64,000 nucleotides of DNA from Auanema rhodensis (Eukaryota; Animalia; Nematoda). A program made the position numbers and the translations under genes. The stretch covers positions 21,018,001 through 21,082,000 of the forward strand of contig OZ059898.1 in the NCBI GenBank assembly GCA_964057225.1, read 5' to 3'. The notes beneath the pieces were generated by a model. It saw only the letters and a program-made list of their open reading frames with translations, did no database searches and had not been told where the DNA came from. Below are positions 12,101-26,747 of the stretch, one piece after another; the first letter of the stretch is position 1; each line of letters begins with the position of its first letter.

Positions 12101-15100
12101 TTAAATGTACACGTGATGTGCACTTGGTATGTAACTCGCTTCACGTGAAAGATAAAAAGATGCGGTTTTCAAAATTAGATTCCCCATGTCCATATTAGTC
12201 TAAAAACAATTTTTATTGATATTGGTGCATGGTAACCATGACTTTGAAATTTACGTGAACTTTAATTTATGCTAATTAAATGTACACGTGATGTGCACTT
12301 GGTATGTAACTCGCTTCACGTGAAAGATAAAGAGATGCGGTTTTCAAAATTAGATTCCCCATGTCCATATTAGTCTAAAAACAAATTTTTATTGATATTG
12401 GTGCATGGTAACCATGACTTTGAAATTTACGTGAACTTTAATTTATGCTAATTAAATGTACACGTGATGTGCACTTGGTATGTAACTCGCTTCACGTGAA
12501 AGATAAAGAGATGCGGTTTTCAAAATTAGATTCCCCATGTCCATATTAGTCTAAAAACAAATTTTTATTGATATTGGTGCATGGTAACCATGACTTTGAA
12601 ATTTACGTGAACTTTAATTTATGCTAATTAAATGTACACGTGATGTGCACTTGGTATGTAACTCGCTTCACGTGAAAAATAAAGAGATGCGGTTTTCAAA
12701 ATTAGATTCCCCATGTCCATATTAGTCTAAAAACAAATTTTCATTGATATTGGTGCATGGTAACCATGACTTTGAAATTTACGTGAACTTTAATTTATGC
12801 TAATTAAATGTACACGTGATGTGCACTTGGTATGTAACTCGCTTCACGTGAAAAATAAAGAGATGCGGTTTTCAAAATTAGATTCCCCATGTCCATATTA
12901 GTCTAAAAACAATTTTTATTGATATTGGTGCATGGTAACCATGACTTTGAAATTTACGTGAACTTTAATTTATGCTAATTAAATGTACACGTGATGTGCA
13001 CTTGGTATGTAACTCGCTTCACGTGAAAGATAAAGAGATGCGGTTTTCAAAATTAGATTCCCCATGTCCATATTAGTCTAAAAACAAATTTTTATTGATA
13101 TTGGTGCATGGTAACCATGACTTTGAAATTTACGTGAACTTTAATTTATGCTAATTAAATGTACACGTGATGTGCACTTGGTATGTAACTCGCTTCACGT
13201 GAAAGATAAAGAGATGCGGTTTTCAAAATTAGATTCCCCATGTCCATATTAGTCTAAAAACAAATTTTTATTGATATTGGTGCATGGTAACCATGACTTT
13301 GAAATTTACGTGAACTTTAATTTATTCTAATTAAATGTACACGTGATGTGCACTTGGTATGTAACTCGCTTCACGTGAAAGATAAAGAGATGCTGTTTTC
13401 AAAATTAGATTCCCCATGTCCATATTAGTCTAAAAACAAATTTTTATTGATATTGGTTCATGGTAACCATGACTTTGAAATTTACGTGAACTTTAATTTA
13501 TGCTAATTAAATGTATACGTGATGTGCACTTGGTATGTAACTCGCTTCACGTGAAAGATAAAGAGATGCGGTTTTCAAAATTAGATTCCCCATGTCCATA
13601 TTAGTCTAAAAACAAATTTTTATTGATATTGGTTCATGGTAACCATGACTTTGAAATTTACGTGAACTTTAATTTATGCTAATTAAATGTACACGTGATG
13701 TGCACTTGGTATGTAACTCGCTTCACGTGAAAGATAAAGAGATGCGGTTTTCAAAATTAGATTCCCCATGTCCATATTAGTCTAAAAACAAATTTTTATT
13801 GATATTGGTGCATGGTAACCATGACTTTGAAATTTACGTGAACTTTAATTTATGCTAATTAAATGTACACGTGATGTGCACTTGGTATGTAACTCGCTTC
13901 ACGTGAAAAATAAAGAGATGCGGTTTTCAAAATTAGATTCCCCATGTCCATATTAGTCTAAAAACAAATTTTTATTGATATTGGTGCATGGTAACCATGA
14001 CTTTGAAATTTACGTGAACTTTAATTTATGCTAATTAAATGTACACGTGATGTGCACTTGGTATGTAACTCGCTTCACGTGAAAGATAAAGAGATGCGGT
14101 TTTCAAAATTAGATTCCCCATGTCCATATTAGTCTAAAAACAAATTTTTATTGATATTGGTGCATGGTAACCATGACTTTGAAATTTACGTGAACTTTAA
14201 TTTATGCTAATTAAATGTACACGTGATGTGCACTTGGTATGTAACTCGCTTCACGTGAAAGGTAAAAAGATGCGGTTTTCAAAATTAGATTCCCCATGTC
14301 CATATTAGTCTAAAAACAAATTTTTATTGATATTGGTTCATGGTAACCATGACTTTGAAATTTACGTGAACTTTAATTTATGCTAATTAAATGTATACGT
14401 GATGTGCACTTGGTATGTAACTCGCTTCACGTGAAAGATAAAGAGATGCGGTTTTCAAAATTAGATTCCCCATGTCCATATTAGTCTAAAAACAAATTTT
14501 TATTGATATTGGTTCATGGTAACCATGACTTTGAAATTTACGTGAACTTTAATTTATGCTAATTAAATGTACACGTGATGTGCACTTGGTATGTAACTCG
14601 CTTCACGTAAAAGATAAAGAGATGCGGTTCTCAAAATTAGATTCCCCATGTCCATATTAGTCTAAAAACAAATTTTTATTGAAATTGGTGCATGGTAACC
14701 ATGACTTTGAAATTTACGTGAACTTTAATTTATGCTAATTAAATGTACACGTGATGTGCACTTGGTATGTAACTCGCTTCACGTGAAAGATAAAGAGATG
14801 CGATTTTCAAAATTAGATTCCCCATGTCCATATTAGTTTAAAAACAAATTTTTATTGATATTGGTGCATGGTAACCATGACTTTGAAATTTACGTGAACT
14901 TTAATTTATGCTAATTAAATGTACACGTGATGTGCACTTGGTATGTAACTCGCTTCACGTGAAAGATAAAAAGATGCGGTTTTCAAAATTAGATTCCCCA
15001 TGTCCATATTAGTCTAAAAACAAATTTTTATTGATATTGGTTCATGGTAACCATGACTTTGAAATTTACGTGAACTTTAATTTATGCTAATTAAATGTAC

Positions 15101-15135
15101 ACGTGATGTGCACTTGGTATGTAACTCGCTTCACG
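9170..15135. repeat. Tandem duplication of a 17-monomer block (period 2990 bp)
   Basis: Private markers recur at +2990 (17x176-2): both A-tract deletions, T73C (9752/12742), G130T (10336/13326), GGTAAAAAGA (11271/14261), G5A (11619/14609) and G23A (11813/14803). Boundaries are approximate. Confidence 0.92.
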
Positions 15136-18100
15136 TGTAAGATGAAGAGATGCGGTTTTCAAAATTAGATTCCCCATGTCCATATTAGTCTAAAAACAAA
15201 TTTTTATTGATATTGGTGCATGGTAACCATGACTTTGAAATTTACGTGAACTTTAATTTATGCTAATTAAATGTACACGTGATGTGCACTTGGTATGTAA
15301 CTCGCTTCACGTGAAAGATAAAGAGATGCGGTTTTCAAAATTAGATTCCCCATGTCCATATTAGTCTAAAAACAAATTTTTATTGATATTGGTGCATGGT
15401 AACCATGACTTTGAAATTTACGTGAACTTTAATTTATGCTAATTAAATGTACACGTGATGTGCACTTGGTATGTAACTCGCTTCACGTGAAAGTAAAAGA
15501 GATGCGGTTTTCAAAATTAGATTCCCCATGTCCATATTAGTCTATAAACAAATTTTTATTGATATTGATGCATGGTAACCATGACTTTGAAATTTACGTG
15601 AACTTTAATTTATGCTAATTAAATGTACACGTGATGTGCACTTGGTATGTAACTCGCTTCACGTGAAAGATAAAGAGATGCGGTTTTCAAAATTAGATTC
15701 CCCATGTCCATATTAGTCTAAAAACAAATTTTTATTGATATTGGTTCATGGTAACCATGACTTTGAAATTTACGTGAACTTTAATTTTTGCTAATTAAAT
15801 GTACACGTGATGTGCACTTGGTATGTAACTCGCTTCACGTGAAAGATAAAGAGATGCGGTTTTCAAAGTTAGATTCACCATGTCCATATTAGTCTAAAAA
15901 CAAATTTTTATTGATATTGGTGCATGGTAACCATGACTTTGAAATTTACGTGAACTTTAATTTATGCTAATTAAATGTACACGTGATGTGCACTTGGTAT
16001 GTAACTCGCTTCACGTGAAAGATAAAGAGATGCGGTTTTCAAAATTAGATTCCCCATGTCCATATTAGTCTAAAAACAAATTTTTATTGATATTGGTTCA
16101 TGGTAACCATGACTTTGAAATTTACGTGAACTTTAATTTATGCTAATTAAATGTACACGTGATGTGCACTTGGTATGTAACTCGCTTCACGTGAAAGATA
16201 AAGAGATGCGGTTTTCAAAATTAGATTCCCCATGTCCATATTAGTCTAAAAACAAATTTTTATTGATATTGGTGCATGGTAACCATGACTTTGAAATTTA
16301 CGTGAACTTTAATTTATGCTAATTAAATGTACACGTGATGTGCACTTGGTATGTAACTCGCTTCACGTGAAAGATAAAGAGATGCGGTTTTCAAAATTAG
16401 ATTCCCCATGTCCATATTAGTCTAAAAACAAATTTTTATTGATATTGGTGCATGGTAACCATGACTTTGAAATTTACGTGAACTTTAATTTATGCTAATT
16501 AAATGTACACGTGATGTGCACTTGGTATGTAACTCGCTTCACGTGAAAGATAAAGAGATGCGGTTTTCAAAATTAGATTCCCCATGTCCATATTAGTCTA
16601 AAAACAAATTTTTATTGATATTGGTTCATGGTAACCATGACTTTGAAATTTACGTGAACTTTAATTTATGCTAATTAAATGTACACGTGATGTGCACTTG
16701 GTATGTAACTCGCTTCACGTGAAAGATAAAGAGATGCGGTTTTCAAAATTAGATTCCCCATGTCCATATTAGTCTAAAAACAAATTTTTATTGATATTGG
16801 TGCATGGTAACCATGACTTTGAAATTTACGTGAACTTTAATTTATGCTAATTAAATGTACACGTGATGTGCACTTGGTATGTAACTCGCTTCACGTGAAA
16901 AATAAAGAGATGCGGTTTTCAAAATTAGATTCCCCATGTCCATATTAGTCTAAAAACAAATTTTTATTGATATTGGTGCATGGTAACCATGACTTTGAAA
17001 TTTACGTGAACTTTAATTTATGCTAATTAAATGTACACGTGATGTGCACTTGGTATGTAACTCGCTTCACGTGAAAGATAAAGAGATGCGGTTTTCAAAA
17101 TTAGATTCCCCATGTCCATATTAGTCTAAAAACAAATTTTTATTGATATTGGTGCATGGTAACCATGACTTTGAAATTTACGTGAACTTTAATTTATGCT
17201 AATTAAATGTACACGTGATGTGCACTTGGTATGTAACTCGCTTCACGTGAAAGATAAAGAGATGCGGTTTTCAAAATTAGATTCCCCATGTCCATATTAG
17301 TCTAAAAACAAATTTTTATTGATATTGGTTCATGGTAACCATGACTTTGAAATTTACGTGAACTTTAATTTATGCTAATTAAATGTACACGTGATGTGCA
17401 CTTGGTATGTAACTCGCTTCACGTGAAAGATAAAGAGATGCGGTTTTCAAAATTAGATTCCCCATGTCCATATTAGTCTAAAAACAAATTTTTATTGATA
17501 TTGGTGCATGGTAACCATGACTTTGAAATTTACGTGAACTTTAATTTATGCTAATTAAATGTACACGTGATGTGCACTTGGTATGTAACTCGCTTCACGT
17601 GAAAGATAAAGAGATGCGGTTTTCAAAATTAGATTCCCCATGTCCATATTAGTCTAAAAACAAATTTTTATTGATATTGGTGCATGGTAACCATGACTTT
17701 GAAATTTACGTGAACTTTAATTTATGCTAATTAAATGTACACGTGATGTGCACTTGGTATGTAACTCGCTTCACGTGAAAGATAAAGAGATGCGGTTTTC
17801 AAAATTAGATTCCCCATGTCCATATTAGTCTAAAAACAAATTTTTATTGATATTGGTTCATGGTAACCATGACTTTGAAATTTACGTGAACTTTAATTTA
17901 TGCTAATTAAATGTACACGTGATGTGCACTTGGTATGTAACTCGCTTCACGTGAAAGATAAAGAGATGCGGTTTTCAAAATTAGATTCCCCATGTCCATA
18001 TTAGTCTAAAAACAAATTTTTATTGATATTGGTGCATGGTAACCATGACTTTGAAATTTACGTGAACTTTAATTTATGCTAATTAAATGTACACGTGATG

Positions 18101-21100
18101 TGCACTTGGTATGTAACTCGCTTCACGTGAAAAATAAAGAGATGCGGTTTTCAAAATTAGATTCCCCATGTCCATATTAGTCTAAAAACAAATTTTTATT
18201 GATATTGGTGCATGGTAACCATGACTTTGAAATTTACGTGAACTTTAATTTATGCTAATTAAATGTACACGTGATGTGCACTTGGTATGTAACTCGCTTC
18301 ACGTGAAAGATAAAGAGATGCGGTTTTCAAAATTAGATTCCCCATGTCCATATTAGTCTAAAAACAAATTTTTATTGATATTGGTGCATGGTAACCATGA
18401 CTTTGAAATTTACGTGAACTTTAATTTATGCTAATTAAATGTACACGTGATGTGCACTTGGTATGTAACTCGCTTCACGTGAAAGATAAAGAGATGCGGT
18501 TTTCAAAATTAGATTCCCCATGTCCATATTAGTCTAAAAACAAATTTTTATTGATATTGATGCATGGTAACCATGACTTTGAAATTTACGTGAACTTTAA
18601 TTTATGCTAATTAAATGTACACGTGATGTGCACTTGGTATGTAACTCGCTTCACGTGAAAGATAAAGAGATGCGGTTTTCAAAATTAGATTCCCCATGTC
18701 CATATTAGTCTAAAAACAAATTTTTATTGATATTGGTTCATGGTAACCATGACTTTGAAATTTACGTGAACTTTAATTTATGCTAATTAAATGTACACGT
18801 GATGTGCACTTGGTATGTAACTCGCTTCACGTGAAAGATAAAGAGATGCGGTTTTCAAAATTAGATTCCCCATGTCCATATTAGTCTAAAAACAAATTTT
18901 TATTGATATTGGTGCATGGTAACCATGACTTTGAAATTTACGTGAACTTTAATTTATGCTAATTAAATGTACACGTGATGTGCACTTGGTATGTAACTCG
19001 CTTCACGTGAAAGATAAAGAGATGCGGTTTTCAAAATTAGATTCCCCATGTCCATATTAGTCTAAAAACAAATTTTTATTGATATTGGTGCATGGTAACC
19101 ATGACTTTGAAATTTACGTGAACTTTAATTTATGCTAATTAAATGTACACGTGATGTGCACTTGGTATGTAACTCGCTTCACGTGAAAGATAAAGAGATG
19201 CGGTTTTCAAAATTAGATTCCCCATGTCCATATTAGTCTAAAAACAAATTTTTATTGATATTGGTTCATGGTAACCATGACTTTGAAATTTACGTGAACT
19301 TTAATTTATGCTAATTAAATGTACACGTGATGTGCACTTGGTATGTAACTCGCTTCACGTGAAAGATAAAGAGATGCGGTTTTCAAAATTAGATTCCCCA
19401 TGTCCATATTAGTCTAAAAACAAATTTTTATTGATATTGGTGCATGGTAACCATGACTTTGAAATTTACGTGAACTTTAATTTATGCTAATTAAATGTAC
19501 ACGTGATGTGCACTTGGTATGTAACTCGCTTCACGTGAAAAATAAAGAGATGCGGTTTTCAAAATTAGATTCCCCATGTCCATATTAGTCTAAAAACAAA
19601 TTTTTATTGATATTGGTGCATGGTAACCATGACTTTGAAATTTACGTGAACTTTAATTTATGCTAATTAAATGTACACGTGATGTGCACTTGGTATGTAA
19701 CTCGCTTCACGTGAAAGATAAAGAGATGCGGTTTTCAAAATTAGATTCCCCATGTCCATATTAGTCTAAAAACAAATTTTTATTGATATTGGTGCATGGT
19801 AACCATGACTTTGAAATTTACGTGAACTTTAATTTATGCTAATTAAATGTACACGTGATGTGCACTTGGTATGTAACTCGCTTCACGTGAAAGATAAAGA
19901 GATGCGGTTTTCAAAATTAGATTCCCCATGTCCATATTAGTCTAAAAACAAATTTTTATTGATATTGGTTCATGGTAACCATGACTTTGAAATTTACGTG
20001 AACTTTAATTTTTGCTAATTAAATGTACACGTGATGTGCACTTGGTATGTAACTCGCTTCACGTGAAAGATAAAGAGATGCGGTTTTCAAAATTAGATTC
20101 CCCATGTCCATATTAGTCTAAAAACAAATTTTTATTGATATTGGTGCATGGTAACCATGACTTTGAAATTTACGTGAACTTTAATTTATGCTAATTAAAT
20201 GTACACGTGATGTGCACTTGGTATGTAACTCGCTTCACGTGAAAGATAAAGAGATGCGGTTTTCAAAATTAGATTCCCCATGTCCATATTAGTCTAAAAA
20301 CAAATTTTTATTGATATTGGTTCATGGTAACCATGACTTTGAAATTTACGTGAACTTTAATTTATGCTAATTAAATGTACACGTGATGTGCACTTGGTAT
20401 GTAACTCGCTTCACGTGAAAGATAAAGAGATGCGGTTTTCAAAATTAGATTCCCCATGTCCATATTAGTCTAAAAACAAATTTTTATTGATATTGGTGCA
20501 TGGTAACCATGACTTTGAAATTTACGTGAACTTTAATTTATGCTAATTAAATGTACACGTGATGTGCACTTGGTATGTAACTCGCTTCACGTGAAAGATA
20601 AAGAGATGCGGTTTTCAAAATTAGATTCCCCATGTCAATATTAGTCTAAAAACAAATTTTTATTGATATTGGTTCATGGTAACCATGACTTTGAAATTTA
20701 CGTGAACTTTAATTTATGCTAATTAAATGTACACGTGATGTGCACTTGGTATGTAACTCGCTTCACGTGAAAGATAAAGAGATGCGGTTTTCAAAATTAG
20801 ATTCCCCATGTCCATATTAGTCTAAAAACAAATTTTTATTGATATTGGTGCATGGTAACCATGACTTTGAAATTTACGTGAACTTTAATTTATGCTAATT
20901 AAATGTACACGTGATGTGCACTTGGTATGTAACTCGCTTCACGTGAAAAATAAAGAGATGCGGTTTTCAAAATTAGATTCCCCATGTCCATATTAGTCTA
21001 AAAACAAATTTTTATTGATATTGGTGCATGGTAACCATGACTTTGAAATTTACGTGAACTTTAATTTATGCTAATTAAATGTACACGTGATGTGCACTTG

Positions 21101-24100
21101 GTATGTAACTCGCTTCACGTGAAAGATAAAGAGATGCGGTTTTCAAAATTAGATTCCCCATGTCCATATTAGTCTAAAAACAAATTTTTATTGATATTGG
21201 TGCATGGTAACCATGACTTTGAAATTTACGTGAACTTTAATTTATGCTAATTAAATGTACACGTGATGTGCACTTGGTATGTAACTCGCTTCACGTGAAA
21301 GATAAAAAGATGCGGTTTTCAAAATTAGATTCCCCATGTCCATATTAGTCTAAAAACAAATTTTTATTGATATTGGTTCATGGTAACCATGACTTTGAAA
21401 TTTACGTGAACTTTAATTTATGCTAATTAAATGTATACGTGATGTGCACTTGGTATGTAACTCGCTTCACGTGAAAGATAAAGAGATGCGGTTTTCAAAA
21501 TTAGATTCCCCATGTCCATATTAGTCTAAAAACAAATTTTTATTGATATTGGTTCATGGTAACCATGACTTTGAAATTTACGTGAACTTTAATTTATGCT
21601 AATTAAATGTACACGTGATGTGCACTTGGTATGTAACTCGCTTCACGTAAAAGATAAAGAGATGCGGTTCTCAAAATTAGATTCCCCATGTCCATATTAG
21701 TCTAAAAACAAATTTTTATTGATATTGGTGCATGGTAACCATGACTTTGAAATTTACGTGAACTTTAATTTATGCTAATTAAATGTACACGTGATGTGCA
21801 CTTGGTATGTAACTCGCTTCACGTGAAAGATAAAGAGATGCGATTTTCAAAATTAGATTCCCCATGTCCATATTAGTTTAAAAACAAATTTTTATTGATA
21901 TTGGTGCATGGTAACCATGACTTTGAAATTTACGTGAACTTTAATTTATGCTAATTAAATGTACACGTGATGTGCACTTGGTATGTAACTCGCTTCACGT
22001 GAAAGATAAAAAGATGCGGTTTTCAAAATTAGATTCCCCATGTCCATATTAGTCTAAAAACAAATTTTTATTGATATTGGTGCATGGTAACCATGACTTT
22101 GAAATTTACGTGAACTTTAATTTATGCTAATTAAATGTACACGTGATGTGCACTTGGTATGTAACTCGCTTCACGTGTAAGATGAAGAGATGCGGTTTTC
22201 AAAATTAGATTCCCCATGTCCATATTAGTCTAAAAACAAATTTTTATTGATATTGGTTCATGGTAACCATGACTTTGAAATTTACGTGAACTTTAATTTA
22301 TGCTAATTAAATGTACACGTGATGTGCACTTGGTATGTAACTCGCTTCACGTGAAAGATAAAGAGATGCGGTTTTCAAAATTAGATTCCCCATGTCCATA
22401 TTAGTCTAAAAACAAATTTTTATTGATATTGGTTCATGGTAACCATGACTTTGAAATTTACGTGAACTTTAAATTATGCTAATTAAATGTACACGTGATG
22501 TGCACTTGGTATGTAACTCGCTTCACGTGAAAGATAAAGAGATGCGGTTTTCAAAATTAGATTCCCCATGTCCATATTAGTCTAAAAACAAATTTTTATT
22601 GATATTGGTGCATGGTAACCATGACTTTGAAATTTACGTGAACTTTAATTTATGCTAATTAAATGTACACGTGATGTGCACTTGGTATGTAACTCGCTTC
22701 ACAAGAAAGATGAAGAGATGCGGTTTTCAAAATTAGATTCCCCATGTCCATATTAGTCTAAAAACAAATTTTTATTGATATTGGTGCATGGTAACCATGA
22801 CTTTGAAATTTACGTGAACTTTAATTTATGCTAATTAAATGTACACGTGATGTGCACTTGGTATGTAACTCGCTTCACGTGAAAGTAAAAGAGATGCGGT
22901 TTTCAAAATTAGATTCCCCATGTCCATATTAGTCTAAAAACAAATTTTTATTGATATTGGTTCATGGTAACCATGACTTTGAAATTTACGTGAACTTTAA
23001 TTTTTGCTAATTAAATGTACACGTGATGTGCACTTGGTATGTAACTCGCTTCACGTGAAAGATAAAGAGATGCGGTTTTCAAAGTTAGATTCCCCATGTC
23101 CATATTAGTCTAAAAACAAATTTTTATTGATATTGGTGCATGGTAACCATGACTTTGAAATTTACGTGAACTTTAATTTATGCTAATTAAATGTACACGT
23201 GATGTGCACTTGGTATGTAACTCGCTTCACGTGAAAGATAAAGAGATGCGGTTTTCAAATTTGATTCCCCATGTCCATATTAGTCTAAAAACAAATTTTC
23301 ATTGATATTGGTTCATGGTAACCATGACTTTGAAATTTACGTGAACTTTAATTTATGCTAATTAAATGTACACGTGATGTGCACTTGGTATGTAACTCGC
23401 TTCACGTGAAAGATAAAGAGATGCGGTTTTCAAAATTAGATTCATCATGTCCATATTAGTCTAAAAACAAATTTTTATTGATATTGGTGCATGGTAACCA
23501 TGACTTTGAAATTTACGTGAACTTTAATTTATGCTTATTAAATGTACACGTGATGTGCACTTGGTATGTAACTCGCTTCACGTGAAAGATAAAGAGATGC
23601 GGTTTTCAAAATTAGATTCCCCATGTCCATATTAGTCTAAAAACAAATTTTTATTGATATTGGTTCATGGTAACCATGACTTTGAAATTTACGTGAACTT
23701 TAATTTATGCTAATTAAAAGTACACGTGATGTGCACTTGGTATGTAACTCGCTTCACGTGAAAGATAAAGAGATACGGTTTTCAAAATTAGATTCCCCAT
23801 GTCCATATTAGTCTAAAAACAAATTTTCATTGATATTGGTTCATGGTAACCATGACTTTGAAATTTACGTGAACTTTAATTTATGCTAATTAAATGTACA
23901 CGTGATGTGCACTTGGTATGTAACTCGCTTCACGTGAAAGATAAAGAGATGCGGTTTTCAAAATTAGATTCCCCATGTCCATATTAGTCTAAAAACAAAT
24001 TTTTATTGATATTGGTGCATGGTAACCATGACTTTGAAATTTACGTGAACTTTGATTTATGCTAATTAAATGTACATGTGATGTGCACTTGGTATGTAAC

Positions 24101-26747
24101 TCGCTTCACGTGAAAGATAAAGAGATGAGGTTTTCAAAATAAGATTCCCCATGTCCATATTAGTCTAAAAACAAATTTTTATTGATATTGGTGCATGGTA
24201 ACCATGACTTTGAAATTTACGTGAACTTTAATTTATGCTAATTAAATGTACACGTGATGTGCACTTGGTATGTAACTTGCTTCACGTGAAAGATAAAGAG
24301 ATGCGGTTTTCGAAATTAGATTCCCCATGTCCATATTAGTCTAAAAACAATTTTTTATTGATATTGGTGCATGGTAACCATGACTTTGAAATTTACGTGA
24401 ACTTTAATTCATGCTAATTAAATGTACACGTGATGTGCACTTGGTATGTAACTCGCTTCACGTGAAAGATAAAGAGATGCGGTTTTCAAAATTAGATTCC
24501 CCATGTCCATATTAGTCTAAAAACAAATTTTTATTGATATTGGTTCATGGTAACCATGACTTTGAAATTTACGTGAACTTTAATTTATGCTAATTAAATG
24601 TACACGTGATGTGCACTTGGTATGTAACTCGCTTCACAGGAAAGATAAAGAGATGCGGTTTTCAAAATTAGATTCCTCTTGTCCATATTAGTCTAAAAAC
24701 AAATTTTTATTGATATTGGTTCATGGTAACCATGACTTTGAAATTTACGTGAACTTTAATTTATGCTAATTAAATGTACACGTGATGTGCACTTGGTATG
24801 TAACTCGCTTCACGTAAAAGATAAAGAGATGCTGTTTTCAAAATTAGATTCCCCATGTCCATATTAGTCTAAAAACAAATTTTTATTGATATTGGTGCAT
24901 GGTAACCATGACTTTGAAATTTACGTGAACTTTAATTTATGCTAATTAAATGTACACGTGATGTGCACTTGGTATGTAACTCGCTTCACGTGAAAGATAA
25001 AAAGATGCGGTTTTCAAAATTAGATTCCCCATGTCCATATTAGTCTAAAAACAAATTTTTATTGATATTGGTTCATGGTAACCATGACTTTGAAATTTAC
25101 GTGAACTTTAATTTATGCTAATTAAATGTATACGTGATGTGCACTTGGTATGTAACTCGCTTCACGTGAAAGATAAAGAGATGCGGTTTTCAAAATTAGA
25201 TTCCCCATGTCCATATTAGTCTAAAAACAAATTTTTATTGATATTGGTTCATGGTAACCATGACTTTGAAATTTACGTGAACTTTAATTTATGCTAATTA
25301 AATGTACACGTGATGTGCACTTGGTATGTAACTCGCTTCACGTAAAAGATAAAGAGATGCGGTTCTCAAAATTAGATTCCCCATGTCCATATTAGTCTAA
25401 AAACAAATTTTTATTGATATTGGTTCATGGTAACCATGACTTTGAAATTTACGTGAACTTTAATTTATGCTAATTAAATGTATACGTGATGTGCACTTGG
25501 TATGTAACTCGCTTCACGTGAAAGATAAAGAGATGCGGTTTTCAAAATTAGATTCCCCATGTCCATATTAGTCTAAAAACAAATTTTTATTGATATTGGT
25601 TCATGGTAACCATGACTTTGAAATTTACGTGAACTTTAATTTATGCTAATTAAATGTACACGTGATGTGCACTTGGTATGTAACTCGCTTCACGTGAAAG
25701 ATAAAGAGATGCGGTTTTCAAAATTAGATTCCCCATGTCCATATTAGTCTAAAAACAAATTTTTATTGATATTGGTGCATGGTAACCATGACTTTGAAAT
25801 TTACGTGAACTTTAATTTATGCTAATTAAATGTACACGTGATGTGCACTTGGTATGTAACTCGCTTCACGTGAAAGATAAAAAGATGCGGTTTTCAAAAT
25901 TAGATTCCCCATGTCCATATTAGTCTAAAAACAAATTTTTATTGATATTGGTTCATGGTAACCATGACTTTGAAATTTACGTGAACTTTAATTTATGCTA
26001 ATTAAATGTATACGTGATGTGCACTTGGTATGTAACTCGCTTCACGTGAAAGATAAAGAGATGCGGTTTTCAAAATTAGATTCCCCATGTCCATATTAGT
26101 CTAAAAACAAATTTTTATTGATATTGGTTCATGGTAACCATGACTTTGAAATTTACGTGAACTTTAATTTATGCTAATTAAATGTACACGTGATGTGCAC
26201 TTGGTATGTAACTCGCTTCACGTAAAAGATAAAGAGATGCGGTTCTCAAAATTAGATTCCCCATGTCCATATTAGTCTAAAAACAAATTTTTATTGATAT
26301 TGGTGCATGGTAACCATGACTTTGAAATTTACGTGAACTTTAATTTATGCTAATTAAATGTACACGTGATGTGCACTTGGTATGTAACTCGCTTCACGTG
26401 AAAGATAAAGAGATGCGATTTTCAAAATTAGATTCCCCATGTCCATATTAGTTTAAAAACAAATTTTTATTGATATTGGTGCATGGTAACCATGACTTTG
26501 AAATTTACGTGAACTTTAATTTATGCTAATTAAATGTACACGTGATGTGCACTTGGTATGTAACTCGCTTCACGTGAAAGATAAAAAGATGCGGTTTTCA
26601 AAATTAGATTCCCCATGTCCATATTAGTCTAAAAACAAATTTTTATTGATATTGGTGCATGGTAACCATGACTTTGAAATTTACGTGAACTTTAATTTAT
26701 GCTAATTAAATGTACACGTGATGTGCACTTGGTATGTAACTCGCTTC

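Noticed and set aside
22701-22710. Isolated singleton variants such as ACAAGAAAGA (GT to AA) and C28G at 1964
   Set aside because: They occur once, cannot be told apart from sequencing error, and have no supporting pattern.
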